Shown piece by piece: positions 48,525-58,491 of a stretch of DNA of 64,000 bases. Origin of the DNA: Treponema sp. Its GTDB lineage: Bacteria; Spirochaetota; Spirochaetia; Treponematales; Treponemataceae. Location of the stretch: contig JAILRG010000042.1 in assembly GCA_024698325.1 (NCBI GenBank), forward strand, positions 5,497 to 69,496. Reading direction: 5' to 3'. Position 1 is the stretch's first letter. Each line of letters begins with the position of its first letter. Position numbers and translations under genes: made by a program. The notes beneath the pieces are model-generated. The model was not told the origin of the DNA. It saw only the letters and a program-made list of their open reading frames with translations, and ran no database searches.

Positions 48525-48542
48525 GGCGCCATGGACGGCGCC
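48525..48542 (-). repeat. single NTCCAT-loop hairpin between nadA and nadB
   Basis: Minus strand ggcgcc-gtccat-ggcgcc. Confidence 0.6.
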
Positions 48543-48551
48543 AAAAGCGCG

Positions 48552-49460
48552 CTATGCCAGCTCCAGCATGCGCTCAAGCGGCTTCTGAGCTTTTATACGC
48601 AGCTCTTCGTCCACATGACTTACCGGCGCGCCGTTTTTAAGACAGTCGCGCACTTTTTCCAGCGTAAGCCGTTTCATGTTCGGGCAGACCTGCTTTGCGC
48701 CCACAAAATAGTATTTTTTTTCTGGCGCCACGCGCTGCATTTCGTGCAGAACGCCGCTTTCCGTACAGACAATGTATTCTTTTGCGCTGTCAGTACGCAC
48801 AAACTCAATCAGCTCTTTTGTGGAACCAAGATAATCGGCAATGTCGCATACTTCTTCCATACATTCCGGGTGCGCAATCACTTTTGCCTCCGGATGCTGC
48901 CGGAAACAGTCGCTGATAGCCTGCGCAGTGATGCTCGTATGCACATGACAGTAGCCGGGATTTAAGATGATGTTCTTGTCCGGCACCTGAGCAGCAACAT
49001 AGCGCCCGAGGTTTCCGTCCGGAATGAAAAAGATGTTCTTGTTCGGAAGTTTCTTTACGATATTCACCGCATTAGAAGAAGTAACGCAGATATCAGAAAG
49101 CGCCTTTATGTCTGCCATAGAGTTTATATAGCAGACAACTGCCAGGTCGTCATATTTCGCGCGCATTTCTGCAATCTTTGCGGCGTCAACCATGAGCGCC
49201 ATTGGACAACGGGCGTCAAGCGCGGGCATAAGTACCGTTTTATCCGGATTGATGATGTTAGCGCTTTCTCCCATGAAAGTAACGCCGCAGAACACAATCG
49301 TCTTATTCGGCGCTTTTTTTGCCATCTTTGCAAGATAAAAGGAATCGCCTACATAATCTGCGATGTCCTGGATGCTTCCATCTACATAATAATGCGCAAG
49401 GATAACGGCATCCTTTTCTTTACACAGCGCCTTTATTTCTTCTTTTAATGCTTCGTCCAT
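48552..49460 (-). CDS. nadA: quinolinate synthase
   Basis: ILAHYY, GDS, FCGVTFMGE, CYINS, AHPEC and CPNMK motifs. Confidence 0.95.
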   Translation of the reverse strand: MDEALKEEIKALCKEKDAVILAHYYVDGSIQDIADYVGDSFYLAKMAKKAPNKTIVFCGVTFMGESANIINPDKTVLMPALDARCPMALMVDAAKIAEMRAKYDDLAVVCYINSMADIKALSDICVTSSNAVNIVKKLPNKNIFFIPDGNLGRYVAAQVPDKNIILNPGYCHVHTSITAQAISDCFRQHPEAKVIAHPECMEEVCDIADYLGSTKELIEFVRTDSAKEYIVCTESGVLHEMQRVAPEKKYYFVGAKQVCPNMKRLTLEKVRDCLKNGAPVSHVDEELRIKAQKPLERMLELA

Positions 49461-49494
49461 ACGGCGGACCCCTGCTTAATAAGTATGTTGGTGC

Positions 49495-49538
49495 ATACTA
49501 TCACTAATGCACAGGGGTGACAAGACAGGTGTAAAGAC
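49495..49538 (-). promoter_or_regulatory. nadA promoter with adjacent putative NiaR operator
   Basis: Minus strand TTGTCA-N17-TAGTAT; gacaggtgtaaagac (49524-49538) resembles Firmicute NiaR boxes as recalled. Confidence 0.6.
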
Positions 49539-49610
49539 GTGTAAAGCGGATTATGCAAACATGTCAGTCGACGCATTGCAACTATCTTAAATATTTCATA
49601 CCATGTGATT

Positions 49611-52600
49611 ATGAACAAAAGGCTTTCTGTATTAGCCGCAGCTTTTGCGGCGCTTGCTGTAACGGTCGCGTTATGCGGCTGCTCTAAATCTAGTACTGCG
49701 TCTGTCGCAGAAGAAGCCCGGCAAAAGGCGCTTGCTTCCCGCTACATTGATGCGGTAACGCCGCATCTTATCGGCAGGCTGACACCGGTCAGTATACGCT
49801 TCAGACAGGAAGCAAAGCTTCCGCTTGCAGAAGGCGTTTCGCTTTCACCGCGCGTCCAGGGCAGCTGGCAGTTCGACGAGAATCAGGCAACCTTTACCCC
49901 CGAAAAACCCTGGAAGGCAGGCAGCAGTCTTACGCTGAGTGTAGACTGTGCGCGGCTTTTTGGTGAAGAAACTGAAAAAAGCGCAGGAGCCGGCAGCGGC
50001 GTATTCAAGCAGCAGTTTTCTGTTGCGATACCAAGCTGCGCCGTGCAGTTTGACGAAGTGCGCTTTAACGAATCCACTCAAAGCTATACCGTGTCCGGCG
50101 CAGTCGTAACCGACATTCCTTCAAGTGAAAAAGAAGTAAGCGCATTGCTCTCTGCCCGCTACGGACTTTCTAAGACGGGCCTTACCTGGCAGCAGGCTCC
50201 CGCTGGCAATACCTGGTACTTTACGGTAGACGGCATTCAGAGTGCCGGGCATGACAAGCAGCTTTCCTTCGGCTGGAAGGACAAGCGCGGCGCTGAAAAA
50301 AAGTGCTTTACAATCCCGGCACGCTCAGCCTTTTCTATCCTCGATATCAACACCTCAAAACCGAACACGCTTCTGGTAAGCTTTTCTAAGCCGCTCGATG
50401 CAGCACAGGATATAGCATCCTTTGTGCGGGCCTACAGCGAAAATGGCGCACTCATCAAGAACCTGAGCGCAAATGTGCGCGGAAACGTACTCTCGATTTT
50501 CAGCGACAGCAATTTTGAAAATGTGCGTACAGTCTCGCTGGGAGCGGGCATAAGAAGCTCCGGCGGCATTTTGCTGGCTGCCGGCAGTGACGTCCAGCTT
50601 TCAGAGCACTGGGAGCTGCCCTCTGTCCGCTTTATGAACGACAATGTAATTCTACCGACAACCCAAGGCGCCGTATTCCCGATTGAAACGCGGAACCTGA
50701 CTGGCGTGCTGGTACAGGTTTATGCCGTTTACGAGCGCACGATGGCGCACTTCCTGCAGGAAAATGAGCTTAACGAAAGCGATTACCTGTATCGCGTGGG
50801 CGAACCGGTCTGGGAAAAGAAAGTTGCCTTTGACTGGAATGCTTCCATGCAGAACAAGTACATTCCGCGCGGTCTCGACATGACTGAACTCATCAAGAAA
50901 TACCCGGACGGCATGTTCCATATACGCGTTTCGTTCCGACACGACCAGATTAAATATGTCTGCCGCGACCGCCATGCTGATTTCAGCTCGCTTCCGATGC
51001 CGCCCGACACGATTGAGCCGTATGAAGTTCCCGCCGTGCGCGAAAAGAGCAGCTGGGACTACTGGGAAAACAAAAATACAAGCCGCGACGGCTGGTGGAG
51101 ATACGATGACGACCCCTGCCATCCCGCATTCTACACACCGCGCTATAACTCCAGCGTGCTTAAAAGCCGCAACGTGCTTATCAGCGACCTGGGCATTATG
51201 GCAAAGCGCGACACAAGCGGAAGCCTGTTTGTCACTGTTGCTGACTTAAAGACCGGTAAGCCCGTTTCTGGCGCTCAGGTTGACCTCAGAAGCTACGTCG
51301 GCACTCCGATTACAAGCGCTAAGACCGACGCAAGCGGAAACGCACTGTTCACCGATGCAGACAAGACCTACGTCGTGACCGCGCATCAGGGAAAGCAGAC
51401 AAGCTACTTAAAGATTGCATCTGCCACTGCGCTCAGCACAAGCCATTTTGAGATTGGCGGTGAAAAAGCTGAAGGCGGCGTAAAAGGCGCAATCTACGGC
51501 GAACGCGGAGTCTGGCGCCCCGGCGACAGCCTGTTCCTTACCTTTGTGCTGCAGGATCCACAGAAAACGCTTCCGGCGAATATTCCTGTCACCTTTGAGC
51601 TTTTAGACCCGCAGGGCCGTGTTTCTGACACTCAGCTTTTGACGCGGAGCCTGAACGGCTTTTACCCGGTACAGACGGCAACCAAAAAAGATGCTGTTAC
51701 CGGCTTGTGGACAGCCCGTGTTACGATTGGCGGAAAGAAATGGACAAAGTATGTAAGCGTCGAAGCTGTCGTTCCGAATCATCTGGACGTAAAGCTTGAA
51801 GCAGACAAAGAGATGCTTGTCAGCGACGAAAACCACTTTACCCTGACCGGCGCATGGCTGCATGGCGCGCCTACGCCCTATTACAACGCAGATGTTTCTG
51901 TCTCGTTCAGCCCCGCGGCAACCACTTTTGACGGCTACAGTGAGTATACCTTTACCAGCCTGAATACTGAGTTTGAGCAGAGAACCGAACGGCTTTGGGA
52001 AGGCGAACTTTCCAGCGACAGCAAGGCGACGTTTGAAGCTGAGCTGGATGCAGGCCGCCGTCTGCCGGGTAAGCTGAATGCACATTTTTCGAGCCGCATT
52101 TTTGAGCCTGCAGGCGGATTCTCCACACAGTCAAAGACGTTTGTGTATTCTCCCTACAGCCGCTATGTAGGCATCAAGCTTCCGAAAGGAGATGCCGCCC
52201 GCAACATGCTTTTGACCGACACAGACCACACGGTTGACGTTGCGCTGCTGACAGCGGACGGAAAGCCGGTAAAAGACGCCCGCTTGAGCTATCATGTCTA
52301 CAAAATCGAATGGAAATGGTGGTGGGAAAAAGACGCCTACACGAGCGCAACGCACGTTTCTTCCAGCTATCACAGCGTAGTTGCTTCGGGCAATGTTGAT
52401 GTAAAAGACGGTCGCGGGGCCTTCAAGTTCCAGGTGAAATACCCGGACTGGGGCCGCTATTATGTTGAAGTATCGGACTCAGACTCCCGCGACGGAAGCC
52501 ACATTGCAGGAAAGATTGTCTACATTGACTGGCCAGGCTGGGCAGGACGTGCGCAGGAAGGCGGCACGGGCAGTGCAGCCATGGTTCCGCTGACAGCAGG

Positions 52601-55178
52601 CAAGACCCAGTATACAAGCGACGAGACTGCGGAAATCAGCTTTACGTCAAACGAAGCGGCGACCGCCTATGTCACTATAGAAAAAGCCGGCCGCATTATC
52701 GGACAGCAGAAGATTGATACGCAGAAAGGCAGCAATGTCTATAAGCTTAAGCTGACAGAGGACATGTCGCCGAACATCTATGTGCACCTGACACTGGTGC
52801 AGCCGCACCTGCAGACCGCAAACAGTCTGCCGATTCGCCTGTACGGCGTAATACCGGTGCGGGTAGACAATCCGCGCACTAAGCTTACACCAGTAATTAC
52901 CACAAAAGAAAGCTTTGAGCCGAACAAGACTGCAAGCTTTACCGTTTCTGAGACGACCGGCAGAGCAATGACCTATACGCTCGCCGTAGTTGACGAAGGC
53001 CTTCTGGGACTTACAAACTACCACGCGCCCGACCTGCGGAGCGAGTTCTACAAGAAAGAAGCTTCGGAGATAGAAAACTGGGATATCTACCGCTATGTCA
53101 TGAACGCATACTCTGGCAAACTGGAGACGATTCTTGCTATTGGTGGTTCTGACGAAGCTGTTGACGACCGCGCGCGCAACGAAAACCGCTTTGCGCCAGT
53201 GGTGCGTTACTTTGGTCCGTACAAGCTTGCTGCCGGCGAAAAAAAGACGACTGAATTTGAAATGCCCTACTACATCGGTGCAGTACGCGCTATCGTAGTG
53301 GCAGGACAGGACGGCGCCTTCGGCAAAGCAGAAAAGACCGTTCCGGTAAAATCTGCGCTCATGGTACAGGCGACGTTCCCGCGCACGCTTGGCACAAACG
53401 AGCAGGTGGACGTGCCTGTCACTGTCTTTAACGGCGAAACGACGGAAAAGACCGTAACCGTAGCGCTTTCAAGCCGCGGTATTATAAACGGAACAAAAAC
53501 GCAGGAAGTCACGGTGGCAGCTTCTTCAAGCGCAACGGTCACCTTCCCGGTTGAGACAAAAGCCGCCGGTCATGTGTTCTTTGAGGCATCCGCAAAGACG
53601 GCAACAGCTACCGCAAAATCAAACGTCAGCATGGACATTGTTTCGCGCGGTGTTCCGGTTACAAACCGTACGCCCTTTACGTTAAAGCCCGGCGAATCAA
53701 AGACCGTGACTGTTCCGTCAGCCTTTGAGCGCGGAAGCGGAAACCTTCTGGCAGAGCTTTCGCCGCTGCCTCAGATTGACCTTTCAAGCCGCGTGCAGTA
53801 CTTGATTCAGTACCCGCACGGCTGTATTGAGCAGATTACATCAGGCGGTTTCCCGCAACTCTTCCTGCCGTCTTTCCTAAAGCTGGGCGCCGCGGAAACA
53901 AACAAAATCAAAGACAACGTGATGTCTGTCTTTGACCGCTACCCGACATACCAGACTGCAAGCGGTGCCATGGGCTACTGGCCGGGCAATCAGGAGCCGC
54001 ACGCATGGGGCACGACCTATGCCGTGCACTTTATGACGCTTGCCAAACAGCAGGGCTATGCGGTCCCGTCATCAGTCTATGAACCGGCGCTCAGCTGGCT
54101 TAGCGACAGCGCAAGCCGGTGGACTGAATACAATGACGACAGCGCAGAAGTTCAGGCATACCGACTGTTCGTGCTCGCTCTGGCCGGAAAACCGGACATG
54201 GGAGCTATGAACCGCCTTGAAAGCATGAAAGACAATACGCTGGGAGCTGCTGACCAGAGCCTGCTGGGAGCTGCTTATGCGCTTTCCGGCAGAAAGAAGG
54301 ATGCAAAGAAACTCTGCGTCGCCCCGGACAGCAGCCGCTCATGGCGCTCTACCGGCGGAAGCTTCGGCTCGAATATGCGAGACCTTGCGGTTCACATGGT
54401 TGCCTGCACCTATGCAGAACAGACTGTACAGGCAGCTCAGGCTGCTAAAAAGATTGCAGAGCGGCTTTCAAGCAATGACTGGCTCAGCACGCAGGAAACT
54501 GCATGGGCGCTGTATGCAATGCTGCCGTTCTATAGCCAGCAGAAACTTGCGGGAGCTGTCAGCTACAGCATAAGCTCCGGCAGTGCAGAAAAGGCTGATA
54601 CGATTAACGCAAACAGCGCAACCGTTGCGCTTCCGTTTGCAAGCCGCCAGACTGAGCAGACTGCAACCGTTACCAACACAGGCTCTGCCGTGCTCTACGG
54701 TACGCTTGCAGCAAGCGGTACGACCATTGCTGGAAGCGAAAAAGCAGAGAACAATGGCCTCAAGCTGAGCCTTGCCGGATTGAAGGATTTACGCAATGCT
54801 TCTGTCGGCGAAACAGTCGAACTGGTCGTAACTGTTGAGAATACAAGCAATTCTGACGTGGATAACATTGCGCTGACAGTACCGATTGGCACCTGTCTTG
54901 AGTTTGCAAACGACCGCCTTGGAGTAGATTCTGACAACCCGCGCTACGCCTATCAGGACATCCGCGACGATGCGGTCTACACATACTTCAAGCTCTACCG
55001 CTATGCCGACTGGGGTGAACCGAAAGAGCTTACCTTTAAGTTCTACGTGACGGTCTCTTACAGCGGAAGCTACTATATTCCGGCTATCCATGCGGAGGCT
55101 ATGTACGACAACGACATCCGCGCAACCTGGCCGGGCACTCTGGCAAAAGCCGAAGTGCGCGAGATTTCAGATAAGTGA
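49611..55178 (+). CDS. bacterial alpha-2-macroglobulin lipoprotein
   Basis: Lipobox LCGC, ERGVWRPGD (MG2), AVVDEG, thioester motif YPHGCIEQ, AEAMY. Confidence 0.93.
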   Translation: MNKRLSVLAAAFAALAVTVALCGCSKSSTASVAEEARQKALASRYIDAVTPHLIGRLTPVSIRFRQEAKLPLAEGVSLSPRVQGSWQFDENQATFTPEKPWKAGSSLTLSVDCARLFGEETEKSAGAGSGVFKQQFSVAIPSCAVQFDEVRFNESTQSYTVSGAVVTDIPSSEKEVSALLSARYGLSKTGLTWQQAPAGNTWYFTVDGIQSAGHDKQLSFGWKDKRGAEKKCFTIPARSAFSILDINTSKPNTLLVSFSKPLDAAQDIASFVRAYSENGALIKNLSANVRGNVLSIFSDSNFENVRTVSLGAGIRSSGGILLAAGSDVQLSEHWELPSVRFMNDNVILPTTQGAVFPIETRNLTGVLVQVYAVYERTMAHFLQENELNESDYLYRVGEPVWEKKVAFDWNASMQNKYIPRGLDMTELIKKYPDGMFHIRVSFRHDQIKYVCRDRHADFSSLPMPPDTIEPYEVPAVREKSSWDYWENKNTSRDGWWRYDDDPCHPAFYTPRYNSSVLKSRNVLISDLGIMAKRDTSGSLFVTVADLKTGKPVSGAQVDLRSYVGTPITSAKTDASGNALFTDADKTYVVTAHQGKQTSYLKIASATALSTSHFEIGGEKAEGGVKGAIYGERGVWRPGDSLFLTFVLQDPQKTLPANIPVTFELLDPQGRVSDTQLLTRSLNGFYPVQTATKKDAVTGLWTARVTIGGKKWTKYVSVEAVVPNHLDVKLEADKEMLVSDENHFTLTGAWLHGAPTPYYNADVSVSFSPAATTFDGYSEYTFTSLNTEFEQRTERLWEGELSSDSKATFEAELDAGRRLPGKLNAHFSSRIFEPAGGFSTQSKTFVYSPYSRYVGIKLPKGDAARNMLLTDTDHTVDVALLTADGKPVKDARLSYHVYKIEWKWWWEKDAYTSATHVSSSYHSVVASGNVDVKDGRGAFKFQVKYPDWGRYYVEVSDSDSRDGSHIAGKIVYIDWPGWAGRAQEGGTGSAAMVPLTAGKTQYTSDETAEISFTSNEAATAYVTIEKAGRIIGQQKIDTQKGSNVYKLKLTEDMSPNIYVHLTLVQPHLQTANSLPIRLYGVIPVRVDNPRTKLTPVITTKESFEPNKTASFTVSETTGRAMTYTLAVVDEGLLGLTNYHAPDLRSEFYKKEASEIENWDIYRYVMNAYSGKLETILAIGGSDEAVDDRARNENRFAPVVRYFGPYKLAAGEKKTTEFEMPYYIGAVRAIVVAGQDGAFGKAEKTVPVKSALMVQATFPRTLGTNEQVDVPVTVFNGETTEKTVTVALSSRGIINGTKTQEVTVAASSSATVTFPVETKAAGHVFFEASAKTATATAKSNVSMDIVSRGVPVTNRTPFTLKPGESKTVTVPSAFERGSGNLLAELSPLPQIDLSSRVQYLIQYPHGCIEQITSGGFPQLFLPSFLKLGAAETNKIKDNVMSVFDRYPTYQTASGAMGYWPGNQEPHAWGTTYAVHFMTLAKQQGYAVPSSVYEPALSWLSDSASRWTEYNDDSAEVQAYRLFVLALAGKPDMGAMNRLESMKDNTLGAADQSLLGAAYALSGRKKDAKKLCVAPDSSRSWRSTGGSFGSNMRDLAVHMVACTYAEQTVQAAQAAKKIAERLSSNDWLSTQETAWALYAMLPFYSQQKLAGAVSYSISSGSAEKADTINANSATVALPFASRQTEQTATVTNTGSAVLYGTLAASGTTIAGSEKAENNGLKLSLAGLKDLRNASVGETVELVVTVENTSNSDVDNIALTVPIGTCLEFANDRLGVDSDNPRYAYQDIRDDAVYTYFKLYRYADWGEPKELTFKFYVTVSYSGSYYIPAIHAEAMYDNDIRATWPGTLAKAEVREISDK

Positions 55179-57604
55179 TTCGTACCATCCCCTGGCAGTG
55201 CAGGCACATAAGGGCTCTTGCCCAGCTGTGCCTGCAGGCCTGCCGCAAGCGGCCTCGCCTTATGCTGGCTCTGGCCAGCAGCCTGCTTGCGCTTACTGTC
55301 GCAACTTTTGCCGTGCCTGCTGCTGTCGAAAGCGGCGCAGCTCCTTCCTCATATGCTTTATATGCCTCAGACGGCACGCTCTTAGGCGCACAGGTTGCTT
55401 CAGACGGACAGTGGCGCTTTGCCGCTGCTCCCGTGCCGCAGCGCTTTGCCGACGCCGTCATCGCCTTTGAAGACAAACGCTTTTACTGGCATCTGGGCGT
55501 GGACCCGCTTTCAATAGCGCGCGCCTTGCGCCAGAACAACGCGTCCGGCTCCATTGTCTCGGGCGGCTCCACGATTACGATGCAGACCGTGCGGCTTTTG
55601 GAGCACTATCCCCGCCGTACCTATATTCAGAAGCTGCATGAAGCTGTCTGCGCAGTCTTTTTTGAGCTGCGCTATACAAAGCGCCACATTCTGGAGCTGT
55701 ACGCAGCGCATGCGCCTTTTGGCGGCAATGTAGTCGGACTGGAGGCGGCAAGCTGGCGTTACTTTGCCCGGCCGCCGACTGCGCTCAGCTGGGCAGAGGC
55801 AGCAACCCTTGCAGTACTCCCCAACCAGCCGTCGCTTGTCTATCCCGGAGCCAACAGCGAAATATTACTGAGCAAACGAAATGGCCTTTTGGCCCGCCTC
55901 GCTTCTTCCGGCAAGATGTCTGACGCCGACTACGAACGTGCGCTTTTGGAACCGCTTCCGGCCAAGCCCTATCCGCTTCCGCAGCTGAGCCGCCACTATC
56001 TGGAATACTTAAAGAAGGCGCAGGCTTCTTCGCACGGCAGACACAAACAAACGACATTCCATACCACGCTGAACACAGCCATGCAGCAGAACGCCGTCAG
56101 GTCGCTTGAGCAGTGGTCGCTCAATTTCAGCCGCAAGGGCATCCACAATGCCGCCGCGCTGATTCTGAACACCCGTTCACTCGACGTGCTTGCGTATGTC
56201 GCCAACACCGGAGGTACTGCACCAGCAGGCACAGGTGATGCCCCGCGCAATACTACGACAAATGCTGTAGACATGATACAGGCGCGGCGCAGTTCGGGAA
56301 GTCTCTTAAAGCCTTTCCTCTATGCCGCCATGCTCGACTCGGGCGAGCTTTTGCCCGACCAGCTGGTCATAGACATTCCGACCCGTATCGGAAACTACAG
56401 CCCCGGAAACAACGTGCCCAAGTACGCAGGTGCCATTCCGGCAAGCGAGGCACTAAGCCGCTCGCTCAACATCCCGGCCATCCGTGAGCTGCGACAGTAC
56501 GGCATCGCGGCCTTTCTGGACGTACTTAAAAAGTGCGGCTTTACCACACTGAACCGCTCCAGCGACGAATACGGCCTTCCGCTCATCTTAGGCGGAGGCG
56601 AAGTGACGCTCTGGGAATCAGCCCGCGCCTATGCCAGACTCATGCAGACTGCGCTCGGCGACAACCCGCTGACAGCAACCGGCACCCAGAGACTGTTTCC
56701 CTTCAGTCAGGGAAGCGCCTATCTTACGCTGAGCACTCTTGCCGAAGGCGTGCGCCCGGAAGACGAAGCTATCTGGCAGAGCTTTGCAAACGCCCGCCGC
56801 ATCGCCTGGAAAACCGGAACGTCAAACGGAAACCGCGATGCATGGGCAATCGGCGTTACAGCCGAGTATACTGTCGCCGTCTGGATAGGAAATGCCGAAG
56901 GAACAGGCACGCCTGACTTAAAAAGCGTCTCTACGGCAGCCCCCGTCATGTTCGACCTGTATAAAGCACTACCGCGCTCATCGTGGCTTCCAGAGCCGAC
57001 CGCAGCCCTCTCGCGCGTAACCGTCTGTAGCCGGAGCGGATACCTTGCGGGCGTAAACTGCACGGAGACCCGGCAGGCAAATCGCCCGGTACACGCGCCG
57101 GTCAGCACAGTCTGTCCGTACTGCCACAAAGTCTCGCTCACGCCGAACGGCCGCTATCAGGCAACCGCCGACGACCTGACAGGCACGCAGGCAGGAAGCT
57201 ACGACGGCACCATGCCCCTGATTGAAAACCGTTTTGTGCTGCCACCAGCCATCGAATACTGGTACAAACGGGCAAATCTCAGCTACCGCTCGCTCCCGGA
57301 CTTTGTCCCCTGGCACAAAAGCGCGGAAAAACAGGATCTGTCGCTGATTTTTCCGGAGGAGGGCGCTCATGTCGTCATTCCGACCGAAATCGACGGCAGT
57401 GCTGGCAGCATGGTCATGCAGGCAGCAACCAGAAATGACAATACGCTCGTCTACTGGGATATCGACGGCACGTACTTAGGATGCACCGAGCGATTACATG
57501 AGTTTGCCGCCCGCCCCAAACCCGGAAAACATACGCTCACCGTGACCGACAGCCACGGAAGCCGCATCCAGCGTCATTTTGAAGTGCTTGATGTAGCAGA
57601 CTAA
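55175..57604 (+). CDS. pbpC: penicillin-binding protein 1C
   Basis: EDKRF and GGSTITMQ (transglycosylase); SLLK, SLN and KTGT (transpeptidase); C-terminal beta domain; coupled to the A2M gene. Confidence 0.93.
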   Translation: MIRTIPWQCRHIRALAQLCLQACRKRPRLMLALASSLLALTVATFAVPAAVESGAAPSSYALYASDGTLLGAQVASDGQWRFAAAPVPQRFADAVIAFEDKRFYWHLGVDPLSIARALRQNNASGSIVSGGSTITMQTVRLLEHYPRRTYIQKLHEAVCAVFFELRYTKRHILELYAAHAPFGGNVVGLEAASWRYFARPPTALSWAEAATLAVLPNQPSLVYPGANSEILLSKRNGLLARLASSGKMSDADYERALLEPLPAKPYPLPQLSRHYLEYLKKAQASSHGRHKQTTFHTTLNTAMQQNAVRSLEQWSLNFSRKGIHNAAALILNTRSLDVLAYVANTGGTAPAGTGDAPRNTTTNAVDMIQARRSSGSLLKPFLYAAMLDSGELLPDQLVIDIPTRIGNYSPGNNVPKYAGAIPASEALSRSLNIPAIRELRQYGIAAFLDVLKKCGFTTLNRSSDEYGLPLILGGGEVTLWESARAYARLMQTALGDNPLTATGTQRLFPFSQGSAYLTLSTLAEGVRPEDEAIWQSFANARRIAWKTGTSNGNRDAWAIGVTAEYTVAVWIGNAEGTGTPDLKSVSTAAPVMFDLYKALPRSSWLPEPTAALSRVTVCSRSGYLAGVNCTETRQANRPVHAPVSTVCPYCHKVSLTPNGRYQATADDLTGTQAGSYDGTMPLIENRFVLPPAIEYWYKRANLSYRSLPDFVPWHKSAEKQDLSLIFPEEGAHVVIPTEIDGSAGSMVMQAATRNDNTLVYWDIDGTYLGCTERLHEFAARPKPGKHTLTVTDSHGSRIQRHFEVLDVAD

Positions 57605-57690
57605 GATACTACCAGTCTATGCACTGGCACTATAGTTTAGTATACTGGCCGATATGGCACAAAACTTACGTTAAAAACTTGGAGGAAGGT

Positions 57691-58461
57691 ATGAACGTAG
57701 TTACAAAAGGATGCGGGATCTTGCTCGCCGCATTCACCACGCTTGCAGTCTTGCCCGGCTGCAAAGAAAAAGAATTACAGGCAACAGGAAGTGCAGGCTC
57801 TGCAGCCAAAGCAAAGGCAGCTTCAGAGCGCGTATTCAGACATCACAGCGAGACCGTGCTTTATGCTGACAAGGAAGGCAACGGGGCTTCTCTCTGTACA
57901 GAAAATGAAGACGGCAAAATGGTCTGGGCTGACGAGGCTCTGACCGGAGACGAAATCGTGCTTTTTGTGGATGTAGACACCGGTAAGCCGGACGAAAAGA
58001 AGGCTATCCGTCTGTTTGCAAACGGCAAGGAAGAAGAGATGGACTTTGTAAGAGTGCTCTATTTCGGAAAGGAATACTGGACACTTCCCATCTTCATTAC
58101 CAACCAGAAGGATGCATCATCTATCCCCGCTGTCATCGAGGAAGACAGCTACAACTATTCAAGCACCGACCTGGTGAACGCCAAGACAACAAAAATCACT
58201 GCTGGCACCTTCGTCGCATGGGTAGAAAATATTGATGTTGACGGCATGGCTTTTGTAAAAATCCTTACCTACGACTGGAACACTCCCTACGGAAAGGAAG
58301 GGTACGTGAAAAAAGATGTCATCTCTCGTGACAGCCACGACGTGCTCCGCGCACAGGTGGCACAGGCTATGCTCCGCATGAAAGACTTAAAGCCCTTCGT
58401 TCGGGAAACAGTCATGGATGCCATGCTCGCAAAATTCGAAGCGGACGACCGCGACAGATAG
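57691..58461 (+). CDS. hypothetical lipoprotein
   Basis: GGAGG RBS and lipobox LPGC. Confidence 0.75.
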   Translation: MNVVTKGCGILLAAFTTLAVLPGCKEKELQATGSAGSAAKAKAASERVFRHHSETVLYADKEGNGASLCTENEDGKMVWADEALTGDEIVLFVDVDTGKPDEKKAIRLFANGKEEEMDFVRVLYFGKEYWTLPIFITNQKDASSIPAVIEEDSYNYSSTDLVNAKTTKITAGTFVAWVENIDVDGMAFVKILTYDWNTPYGKEGYVKKDVISRDSHDVLRAQVAQAMLRMKDLKPFVRETVMDAMLAKFEADDRDR

Positions 58462-58491
58462 GATTACTAGTCTAGAAACGAGGATAACGAC

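Noticed and set aside
57629-57670. Sigma28 (GCCGATAT) or sigma54 (TGGCAC) promoter for the lipoprotein gene
   Set aside because: The spacing to a -35 element is off for sigma28, and the sigma54 -12 reads TTAC rather than TTGC.
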